This document shows positions 40,770 through 51,934 of a DNA stretch of 64,000 nucleotides, piece after piece (the stretch's first letter is position 1; the number at the start of each line of letters is the position of its first letter). Position numbers and translations under genes: made by a program. Source of the DNA: Oikopleura dioica. Its lineage: Eukaryota > Animalia > Chordata. A model generated the notes under the pieces. That model did no database searches and was not told where the DNA came from. It saw only the letters and a list, made by a program, of their open reading frames with translations. Location: positions 9,424,001 through 9,488,000 of the forward strand of contig OU015569.1 in the NCBI GenBank assembly GCA_907165135.1, written 5' to 3'.

Positions 40770-41210
40770 TCCTCGTCGTTGATTTCACAAGTTTAGCCTT
40801 CGCAAATTTCCGTACTGACGCGGTTTGTAGATGAGAGTGATTTCTGCCTTGAAACAGAATGCTCTGGCCTTTGTTTTGTTTCCTTCTGATTTTTTCTTGC
40901 GCCTGAAATATTGAAATATTCATTCAAAGCATGCCCTTTATCATTTCTCTTTTTGATCTTCCTAAGTCGTTACCCAGCAAGAATCGGCAATTTGCCTTTG
41001 AGCTGCTTCTCAGAGTTGGAAAGAATATTTTTATTTTGTCGCTTGATTCTTTGCGTGTCAGAGGCGACAGCTGAGGCTTTGGCCAGGAGCAGCTCATTTT
41101 TGAAAGCTCGTGCGAAGCCAAAAAGCTGCTCTAGTAGACCCAAAACTGCACCCTCTTTAGTCTCGCGCTTCGCATTTTTTTTGATTGTAGAAATTGTAAA
41201 TATGCTTTTT
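40770..41210 (-). CDS. Hypothetical basic protein exon(s)
   Basis: An open frame of about 80 codons (KRETKEGAVLGLLEQLFGFARAF...KLPILAG) ends at a GTAAC donor, followed by a TTTCAG acceptor and a further open exon. The start was not found. Confidence 0.3.
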
Positions 41211-41583
41211 GCTTAGGTGTAGCTTGTAAAATAGAGAGAAGGAGAAATAGAGAGTACAAGAAAATGTCAGATAGTTCAGAATTCTCACCCTGTGAAAGGT
41301 AATAAATAGAAACTTGTGAATGCATTGCGTAGACAAATCGGATTTGATAAAATTAGAAAAGGATTACATTTTTCTTCCGAATCGATATTTTTACTTCGCC
41401 GTTGAATCAATAGAAGAACAATGTCGGCAGGTGTTATTACACAAAAACACACTCACGTCAAAATATGTCGCGGAAATTTTAAAAATATCAGAAGATTATT
41501 GACAACGCCAGTCTGAGTCTCCGAAAAGTCATTCAAAAAATTCAGCATGAAAAGCTAGTATTCCTCTAATGCAGTAATTCAGG

Positions 41584-44500
41584 ATGGAGGCTTCAAGTCC
41601 GAGTTATGGGTCGGATGGAGAGACCAAGAACCACCGCGATGTCGCTGAACACATCTCCTCTATCGAGAAGGAAAACTTCAACTTAAAACTACGAATTTAT
41701 CACATGGAGGAGCACCTGAACTCCAAAGGCGGTCAAGATTTCCAATCGATTCTGCACCAAAAGGTCGAGGTGAGTTTCCGTTGGTTTTGCTCACATTTTA
41801 CATTTTGTCTTTGAGAACGAAGAACTCAAAACCGAGCTTGACGAAAACCAAAAACTTCTTCAAGCTGCTAATAAAGGAATTTCCTGCCTCAAGAAGGAAG
41901 TAGACGAGGAAAAAAAGCTACGTGGAAAGGCAGAAAATGGTAAGAATGCATTCCCGAGCAGAAGTACTCATCTGTCTCTCTTCAGAGCTGTCAAAGCTAC
42001 AGACTGAGCTCCGACAGGCGAACGAAGAGAAGCAGCGGATGAAGAAGCAAATTGAAAGACTGCGCGACGACGCTCGACGAGCTCGGGAAAAAGCAGCCCA
42101 TTCTTACGAATCAACCGAAATTCAACTCAACGATTCTCTCAACGAAAATCGAGAGCTCCAAGGCCCAGTTCAAAACATATTAAAAATAATTCTCTTCCGC
42201 CTTCTCATAATTCTCTAAAAAGTTCTGGCTTTTTTGTCGCCAGGATTTAGATGACAAAAGGAAGACAGAAGAGTGTGTGTAACTTTTCTGAACTTAACAA
42301 AAAGACAAAATTGAAGACTTGGAGAACAATAATATAACGCTAGAAGACGAGCTTTCCGCAAAGGAAAGCGAACTTGCACGTGTGCAGGACGAGAACGACG
42401 ACCTAGTCGACGAAGTAGAAAGACTCAGAGCTGAAAATGTGCGTCTGGCGAGCCAAGCCAGTCGTGTACCCAGAAAGCCCCGCTCTTACGATATGGGGAT
42501 CCAGTGTGAAAGTAGAATGTGCGAGAAGGCGTGCCAAACGCGAAATTTGGACTATGCGCCGCGTTCCCGACTGCCACGACCAGAAACGAACTCAAGACGG
42601 ATGCAACGGACCACTTCCGTCGGAAACCTATCGGACAGAACAAGCAGTCCTGTCCGATCTTATGGCTCGAGGTATTCTTCATCGTTTTAACTAGTCTTGA
42701 GTGTATTCTAGCCGTGACCTCCGAATTCCAGTTGGAACGCCTTCGCGATACAACGAATCATCGTCAAGGTATAGAAACGTCCCTGCACATCACCAGTCGA
42801 CCCCGTTTGGACTCGAGCGTACCGAAAGTGATCATCGCTTTGATTACCAAAGGGACGGGAGTGGGCGTTTATCGCGCAACGTTCACTTCGAGAGTCCCGC
42901 GCGCGGCAAATCCATGATGGACCTGCGCCTCATTGAGGAGAACATCCACGATATCGGCAGTAATCTGCGCGATATCAAGTACCTTTCCGAGTCCATTCGA
43001 GATCAAAACCCTAGAAATAGAACAACGGAAGAACATGTAGCACTGTAAGACGGTAAATTTGGTGGCTCGTGTATTCGAGATTTGGATCAGAGCCTTACCG
43101 GTGTCATCGATAAATTTGGTGAAAAATGTGCCTTTTCTGCCGATCCGTGCATCCTCGTAAGAGGCATCCCTCTACTGAGAACTCAGCAGACGCGTGAATT
43201 GCCGAGGTCACGGAACGGCTCTGAATTTGGCTTACATAGTTCTTAAATTGGTGAAAAGCTCGCTGCGGGTTGACCTTTACTTTCGCAAACTCTTATCACT
43301 TGCTCAGCTTTATCGCTAGGCGATTTCTGGCTCAGCTCCAGTGTGTCACGTACAGTGATAAACACATTACACAGTTAGTTTTCATTTCAAGATCAATTCG
43401 ACTAACGAGCCTAGAAGTTAGAGCACGCTAGAATCACTTGAGCTTTTTCAAGTCAGAGAGAGATCAAAGAAAAAAGCGATGAACCTTGATCTTTTTGAAC
43501 GAGCAGGTTATAGCTGCCACAGTGAGCTCGAAGAAGATCAGTCTTTGGATCTTGATCGCTTCTTTTTCCATCCTCTTCCGCCGAAAAGGCCTCGGCTCGC
43601 AGCAAGAAAGCGTAGAGAGTAATTCATTTTTTACGACGCTTTATCAAATTCTAGCATGTCCAGTCTAATTAGTAAAAACTTGCCAGAATCTGCTAAAGCG
43701 GTATTTCCTAATTATCGTTTCTAATAAATTTCCGTTTTGTTAAAACTTCTTTTACAGGTATCAATCTCTTGTGCAGGGCCAAAACAAGGAGCTGAGCTCG
43801 TTGAGAAGGCAGCTCGATCAGGCGCGCCTCTCATGCACGCGTCTGCGTACGACGCTCGATGATCTTCAGCGTGCTGATTACCTCGAACAACGGCGGCTCA
43901 TTTCCACGGCGCGACGAACCCTTCGCAAGCTTGAAGGCGAACTCGAAAATCGCGATGAGTCGGCAACGTCCGACTGCGCCTCCGAGTCCGATTACGACTA
44001 CGACTCGAACAATCGCTCTTCAATTCTTCCACTGACTTCAATGTTGACCGAGATCAAGTCAATGATTGCCGGACTGCACAACTCGCCCAAAGCTGAGCTT
44101 GACGTGCGCCGACTCCGATCAGAATTAGAAGCGATGGACTCGGGCCACCCAACATCGCCGAACGACTTGAGCGACGCGCAGCTTCTTCCGGGCATCGTTC
44201 AGGATCTACAAAACTTGCGTCTCAAATTGGACCAAACCGTATCTTCCGCGAAGCCTGAACGCAAACGACCTCTGTCCTTTGATTCAGGCTGTCAAACGGA
44301 GGTTTCGGTGAGTAGAGCCTCTTCTCGAATATTCCGCACCTGTGTATTCTAATGATGAACGACCGCATTCTTTGTCGAAATTTGAGCATTTTTCTCTTAA
44401 CAATTTTTTCTCTGTTAAAGCCTTACTTCAGGGAACCACTATTTCATTGTACAACGACGAATTGAGTGCTCTCAGGGACGCCCTTTCTCAAAAAGACTGC

Positions 44501-45482
44501 GAAATCGACAAGTTGAGAGCGGAAGCGATTCAACGCGAGATGCACCCCGCTGTAAACTCGTCACCGATCAAACACTCCAACAAACGCAAATCATGTGAGT
44601 AATAATTACAGTTATATTTTTTTTAACCTCTTGGTAGTCTTTGATACGGAGGGTCCCCTCACCCCGCCCCTTTCGAGTGGAGCAGAGGACAACTTCATGC
44701 CCTCTGGAAGCGATCTGCGGACTCTCAGAGAAGGTCTCAATCAAGGCCGGCTCCTATCGAAATCCATTTACCACAAAGTGGAGCTTGGTGTCGAAGATGT
44801 AAGTCACTTAGACAAGTTATTTTCCGTTAAAGTTTTCTTTAGACAGAGGAGATGGTTGAAGAAGTGCATGATCTGGTGCAGTTGTTGGACGAGATGAGCA
44901 GGATGCTTCAGAAAATGCAGTATAAAGCCTGCTCCCAGGAGGTAAGCGTTCTCTTCCGAATTCCCTTCTCTAAACACTTCTCTTCAGAGCGACAACGCCG
45001 AAAATATCCGACTGCGAAACAAGGTGCACGCGTTGGAAAAGATGCTCGCTACGACGGTCTCGCGCATGCAAAAGAATTCTTTGCTGAAACAAGGAATCGA
45101 CCACCAGATCTCGTCCAAGTCATTGGGTTTGACATCACATTTTTCATTCGCTTCTTTTTGCCAAATTAGATCAGTCTAGCTAGTATACGAACCAAATCAA
45201 CAATGTTTTAGCGGTAGTTAGATAGATCTCTACGAGTCGTAGACGATTTAGGGTTGCTAGTTACTTTTTTGCTTGCTTGAAACGTAAATTACGCAAACGA
45301 TAAGGATCATCTACTGAAATGTTGACGTCAGATCAGCTTAACTATACTGCCGGCATTCTTGGACGTGCAAGGATCAATCTTGGTAGGCTCAAATTTCCTT
45401 CGACTTCGGTTAAACTGCTTCTTTAGGAAACTCTACGCCTTCGACTTCCAGAGCAACTTCCCTCAATGGAGACTCTCTCTAA
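41584..45482 (+). CDS. Centrosomin / CDK5RAP2 / myomegalin family coiled-coil protein
   Basis: N-terminal CM1 motif IEKENFNLKLRIYHMEE, coiled-coil exons and a C-terminal CM2-like segment QLNYTAGILGRARINL. Confidence 0.85.
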
Positions 45483-46250
45483 AGTTCAACTTTATCTCTC
45501 AACTCTGACTCTTGTTTCAGCTCCCCTTCATTTCTCATCTTTACCTTTTATTAGCGCCTGAATCTACCTGAATAAGTTGCGTATGAAACTACCACAGCAT
45601 TAAATCAAACCATAAAGAGTGGTGCGAGCAAGTATTTAACTTTTCAAATTAATCACGCGCTTTTATCAACAGAAATCGTTTTCAAAAATGCTTTTCTGAA
45701 TTGCGCGAAATTTCTCTTTTGCTGTTAAAATTTTAAAGTAGTAAATAATGCCGGATCTATAAAAGTCAACGGACACTGTTTGTTTTCGTCAGAGCACTTT
45801 TTACGATAATCAAAAGAGACTTTTCGCGGGATTTGACTGACATTTTTAATTTTTGGATTTTTATTCACTTTCGTCCAAAGAAACCTTTTTTTTCTTGCAC
45901 GGCTAAGACCATCCTCAAAGAACCCAATTATTGGATCATTTCCCTTTATTTTTAAATAACTGGAATTTATTTAAAAGTTTTGGCGAATCTTAATATTTCT
46001 TCAGCGAGTTCAAGATTTTGCCTCAAATTACAGTACGACCCACACTAGCGTGCGAACCAATTTTTGCCCATTTTTACCTAAAACTACTCTTCCAAGGTCT
46101 GGACCTTAAAACTATTATTTTCTGAAAATCTACTCATCTCAAGCTTTCTAGCCTGTTCTGCAAAGTAGCTTCTTATTTTCGAATGTACATAAATTAGTAA
46201 ATAAAAATAACAAAAGCAACCGATTCCGATGTTGTGTGGATATTCGTCGT

Positions 46251-46298
46251 AGAATAGAGAAAGGTCATTTGAAGAGAATAGAGAAAGGTCATTTGAAG
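46251..46298. repeat. Perfect 24-bp tandem duplication
   Basis: AGAATAGAGAAAGGTCATTTGAAG occurs twice, ending 17 nt before the exonuclease ATG. Confidence 0.95.
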
Positions 46299-46314
46299 TT
46301 GTGCTTTTCAGAAA

Positions 46315-47044
46315 ATGGCAAAATACATGGCCATCGATTGCGAAATGGTAGAGACGTTTTGGATAAAAAACGCTCTTGCACGAGTGAGCATAGTTGATGA
46401 AAATTCCCGAGTTGTCCTTGACGAGTATGTCATACCGCCGGGCGGATGCATAATCGACTATCGAACACGATGGTCGGGCATCACCAAGGAACTTATTGGG
46501 AACAAAGGAAAAGGTAGCGCTTTAGATTAAATGCACAATATTGAATTGTGTTTATTGAACAATTTAGAGATGAGCGAAGTGCAGAGCCAAGTTCGAGAAA
46601 TACTTAAAGACGCGGTAATAATCGGACACACAGTAAACACGGATTTGAAAAGTCTTATGAGATGCCCGTGCAAGGCGATCGTGGACATATCTGAATTGCC
46701 GCAGTTGAAACTGCGTTTCTGGCGAACTGCAAATCCAGAGGACCCTGATTCGGATGAGGAGCTGATCAAACGCCAAAGAATCTCGCTCAAAAGGTTGTCC
46801 ACTGCCCTATTGGACAGGCAGATACAGACGGGAAATAAAGGGCATTCTTCCGTGGAAGATGCAACGGCGACGATGGATTTGTTTAGATTGGTATAACAAA
46901 GCGCAAAAATTGGTTTAAAAAATGTTTTAGATTCAGAAAGAATGGGAGCTGAAAAATCCAGACCTTGCTGGGGAAGATTTGTTTGACGACAAATTTTGGG
47001 AGGACGAAGAAAGTCTGAGTGAATGGTCCGAAGAAGAAGATTGA
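46315..47044 (+). CDS. DEDDh 3'-5' exonuclease, ISG20L2/AEN/REXO4-like
   Basis: [31 protein letters not shown] and HSSVEDA motifs, across 3 exons. Confidence 0.92.
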
Positions 47045-47332
47045 CTTTTTTTAGAAGCTTACAATTAGAATATTCAAGCTTGAAACGGATATCTACTTCT
47101 TTCTCTTTTTTACCGCGTTTTGACCAATCGACTTGTTACAAGTTTGGACGGTTAAGTTTTCGATCACCAGATTATTTTTTCGCTCCTCATCGATAATCTG
47201 TGAAAAGGTGACCCTTTTGACCTCTTCTCGTCTGCGGGGCGCCGTTTATATTTTTCTGATTTTAAGCTGCGATTTTCAGAGTTGCCTTTCGAGAGAGAGA
47301 GAAAACACACACTTTCTACACGTAGACGAAAA

Positions 47333-50300
47333 ATGTCGTTTTCGAAGTTGCCACGAGTTTTGATATCCGAGGAAGCTTCCAAAGCAAAGAACCCTGGCCC
47401 AGGCGACTATGATCCAAAAGAAATCGACCGCTCAATCGCAGGTACCCTTGGTCTACTAGGATTTCTATAAAGCTTTTCTAGTGAGGATCGCGCCGAAGGG
47501 TACCCAGCAAGCAAAGAGATCGTTGGCTACTAAACCCAACTATCTCAGCAAGAAAGACGTATCCGGTGTAAGGAAGAAGCTGGATAGCAATGTCATGATT
47601 TCTAAAGTCCGACTCCAGCAGCTTACTGTGCAAGCTCAGCAATTCAAGGAAGGAGGAAAAATAATTCAAATTTATTATGTTCTTCGATTACTGTAGTAAG
47701 AATATCTTCTTTCAACCTCTTGAAAGGATGACAACGATATTCTGAAGAAGACTCTGGATAGCGTCGAAAAGGAGCGAAACCAAAGCTGGACACAGCTCAA
47801 AGAAAAAAAGGCCTCTCTAAAAGAGATGGAAGCCAGGCTCGAATTCTACGAGCAGCAAAAAGTTGAGCTTGAGAACGAGCTTGCATCGAAAACCGAATTA
47901 TTGGATAAAGAAAAAGAACGAGCGAACTCTGTTGGCGACACCCTAGCTGAAATGAAGAGCAAGTTCTCGGCGCTAACACTCGATTCCGAGTCACAGGAAG
48001 AAGAAAAAAGTAGACTCACTGCGGACTTATCCATCAAAATAGCTTCGTTGGAAAAAGCACAAAGCGAGATTGAGCACCTGAAGCAGGTTATTACAGAGCT
48101 GCGTTCAAGGATTGACTTCAACGAGAAAGAGCAAAGGGAAACGACGCAAAGATGTCTAGGAATGGAGTTAAAGCTGGCTAACTTTCTTATTTGTATTAAA
48201 TATGGAAGCAAAAATGTTGCGGTAGAACGGAAACAATTTAACTCTTGATAGACCTTGAGCTCGAAATCACGGAATGCAAGATTGACCTCCAGAATGCTCG
48301 ACAATCCTTCGCCGAGTTGGAAACTGACTACTCAATCAAAGATCAAAAGCATACCGCCACCATCGAATCTTTGAAACGCGAACTTGAGACTGAAAAATGC
48401 AAATACGAAACTCAAGTAGCAAAATTAGAGAGCGACCGCGTACGCGATGCTGAACAACACCAGTGCGAAGTTGTGGCACTCCAGACTCAGTTAGACAACT
48501 GGGAAGACATCTCGAGAAATTACGAGACTGAACAGAAAAAAAATCTTGCGGATATCGTCGCGCTTCAGGAGGAACTAGGCGTTCTGACAAAGGATTTCGA
48601 GAATTGCAAAGCTGACCGCGCAATTCTAATGAAACAAGTTGAAGTCGGCAACGAATTCGAGCTAAAGTGCGAGGCACTGCTAGAAGAGAATGCCGAACTG
48701 CAATTGAATCTGCACGATACAAGAGAACAAATGAAAGAGCTCGTCGAGCAGCAAGTAACATACGAGGACGAACTGGAGGAGCATTTCGAAGCTCTCATGC
48801 GAAATGTGGAAGGTTAATTCCATGAATCATTTAAATACATCTATTCAAAGCGTTTTTAGATCTGGACGAAGCCAAGTCAAAACTATCGGAACTAGAGAAC
48901 GAGCGAGACGTAATTGTCCGCGAATTGCAAATGTCCAAAGAAGCAAACGAATCTGTTGAGGCAGAACTGCAGAAGAGAATCAGCCAGGTCAACGACTCAG
49001 TTGTCGGTGGACTGATCAAAAAAGATGCTAGCGATGAGAAATACAACCGGTTGAAATCATCCGCGATGAAACAAGAAAAGGTCTTCTACGAGAAGATGGA
49101 AGGATTGACCAAAAAAATGAAAGAAGAAGAACGTCGTTTCAAGCAAATTATCGCTGATAGAGATGCCTTGCTCAAGTACAAAGACGACGAAAACACTCGT
49201 TTGCGGGTAATAATTGCATTCTTTTGCTTTTGTTTATTCACGAGTTGTAGAAAGCTGAATTTGAGAAGAAACAGTTGCACGAGATGGAGGTCAAAGAGCT
49301 CAAGCTTGCCCTTGAGAATGCCAGGGCAGAACAGAGTTTGAAATTTTCGAGACTCGCGAGCGGCTCACTTGAGAGCGGGCGAGCACGAGCATGATGCTCT
49401 TTGTGCTCCCGAGCGCATATATTTCAGCGTTCGCGCTCTTTGTGCTCGCGAGCACATTTCATTACGCGCTCTCGCTCTCCTGGCTCCCGAGCACTGGTCA
49501 AATTTTGCTCTCGCTCGATTGGCTCCCGAGCTGAAAAATCTGACTCGCGAGCAGCTTTCAAGAGCCTAAAATGATTCGACGACCCCGTAACTACTTCCAA
49601 ATGAGTCCCTCTCACAGGAGTTAGCACTTGGCGGTGGGCATCTTTTATCTGTTTACTCTCGGCTTTTCGCGTTCCGCTGCCGAGATTACGGACCTAATGA
49701 AGCTTGCACAAATCGGAAACACGAAAAATTGATCCACGAGAGAAATTTATCCATGAAAATGAATAATAACGCAAAAAATTGTTCCTTTAATTTTGCTCGC
49801 GAGCCGCTCGTGAGTCAATTCCATGGCGAGCACGAGAGCAGCCGCTCCCGCTCGTCTAGCTCCCGAGCATTGCCGACATATGCGCTCGTGCTCTCCGCGC
49901 TCGCGAGCGGTTTCAAATTTGGGCTCGCGCTCTTTTGGCTCTCGAGCAACTTTATTTTCATGCTCCCGCTCCCCTGCTCTCAGAGCAATGATAAATTTTT
50001 GCTCTCGCTCTTTGCGCTCGCGAGCATTTGCGAGCATTTCAAACTCTGGGGCAGAACTCGATCTTCAAACTCAACGAAACAATAATTTTGCAGCGCGCGA
50101 TGAACTAGCAACTAAAGTGGACGACGCAATTATAGAAGAGTTCAACGCCGAGAAAAATGTACTTGTTGAGCAAAACCAAAACTTACAAAAGGAGCTTGGG
50201 TCTTGATAAAAAAACATTTGTAATTTCTCATCATCGTCATCGCCTAATTAATTGATTTGTGTGTTCATATTTTGAGTGTTGTAGTGACCCGTCTAACAGA

Positions 50301-50476
50301 GTCTGAATGAAACTGAGCGCAAGTTGTCGTCCACGATGGGCCACACTAATCACTTGCAAAAAATCAAGTACACGGAGCGCTTACGCCAGGAAAACACCAA
50401 TTTCCGGGAGAAGAATGCTGAACTCGAGCGCCAAGTCAAGAAATTGAATGCGCGCATCAAGGTTCTAACAAACTAA
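47333..50476 (+). CDS. HMMR: Hyaluronan-mediated motility receptor (RHAMM), spindle coiled-coil protein
   Basis: N-terminus MSFSKLP...PGPGDYDPK, a long coiled coil and C-terminal MGHTNHLQKIKYTERLRQEN matching the HMMR C-terminal motif. Confidence 0.88.
49332..50048. mobile_element. Non-autonomous hAT-like MITE (717 bp) inserted in an HMMR coding exon
   Basis: Perfect 13-bp TIR CAGAGTTTGAAAT/ATTTCAAACTCTG, 8-bp TSD GGGCAGAA at 49324-49331 and 50049-50056, and CTCGCG/GAGC subterminal repeats. Confidence 0.95.
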
Positions 50477-51934
50477 CCAATTTATTTGATTATCTATAAG
50501 TCTTTTCTTCTTGGCAATTTGAGTTACTTCTCAAACTCTGCTAAGTAGAAGATTATTAGATACTAACACTAACCTGGATATTTCTTAGGCGCTAGATACA
50601 TCTATTATTGCTGGATCTGAGCACTTCTTCCCTCAATCATCGAAAAACTAACCTATCTCAGGGTCTTCACTTGCACCACATTCCATTTATTTCTACTGCC
50701 CATTAGACAACATTCTTTTGCTTCACTAACCAACCTTCCCTTAAAGGTTCCAAAGAATAAAACCCATGTTCACACAATGAATCTGAATGTAAGACCTTAA
50801 CTCTAAGGGTTTACGTCAACTTTCTTCTATCAAATTTATTTCGACAAGCAGGATTTGTTTTCATCGCAGGAGCAATTTCAATTCAAACGCTTTTCTATGA
50901 TTGTGGCGAAGCTCTATTTTGTCATTTGTATTAAAAAAACATTCAAAAAGCCGTAACAATCTCCATCTGGACAAGAGCAGCTTTTCATTCGCCCTTATAG
51001 AGAGTTTGTCGACGCAAGTCTGCAGATCATTGCAATCAGGCATGTTTAAAAATCGAAGATAAAGATTCAACTAACTCTCTCCTTCGTCGAGGAATCCAGT
51101 TCTCTTGCAAGTCTTTCGAAGGATAGATGTTTCGTATTTTCTGCGTTTTTGAATGTCGATGTTCAACCTAAGGAGAAACTAAAAATGTATAATTTCCGCA
51201 AAGCAGGATAAGTACAATAAGAATAGAGAAAATAAACAATCCAACGACGAAGCCCATAATTATTCTCTGCCATTTAGGAAATTGAAGTAAGAAGTCGGAC
51301 ATCGCCTAAATCGACGAGTAAAACGAGACAAGTTTCAACTACTTCTCGATAGAGAGTACTTGTCTTGTTAGAATACACGTTTACCCATCCTCAGCGAATA
51401 AATAATTGAAAACAGGGATTTTTTTCACTTCTTATCTTCATACATAATAATTAACTACCAATAATCTCATGCGATAATTTTAAAATAACTAGAAAATATG
51501 AAAAATATAAATACTGCTCCACAGGTTAAAGAATTCCGAAATTTTTTGACAGAATATTCATGTATGTAAAGAACAAAACGACGATGGAATATGCTCGACA
51601 AGTGGAGACTGCTCGGGCAGGAGAACAAATCCTCATTATCTCCGGTATCAAAATCTTCTGACATGTTCGGAGTTTATCTGCGGCAGTGATCGTCGCACGG
51701 CGGGAAGATAATTATCTTCCTAACGCCCGAGCCATCGCTAAAAGGAATATTCGAAGCTCAGAAACCGACTCGCGAGATCAGAAGTCGCCATGCGGAGTCC
51801 TTTCAGGCCGAGATTTTATATTTTTGACATATTTTACAATTTACAATTAGAGAAATCATAGATGATTAGTTTCAGAAAAAACGTTTGAATAGAGAGAGTG
51901 CGACTTTAAAAGAGATAACAAAAATAGAAACAGT

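Noticed and set aside
41011-41023. CAGAGTTGGAAAG as another TIR
   Set aside because: No partner TIR, TSD or subterminal repeats.
49369-50085. Several Arg/Ala/Ser-rich ORFs on both strands
   Set aside because: They lie wholly within the HMMR MITE and have no transposase motifs.
50531-50540. TCAAACTCTG as a right TIR of a nested element
   Set aside because: No matching TSD or left end. Likely chance.
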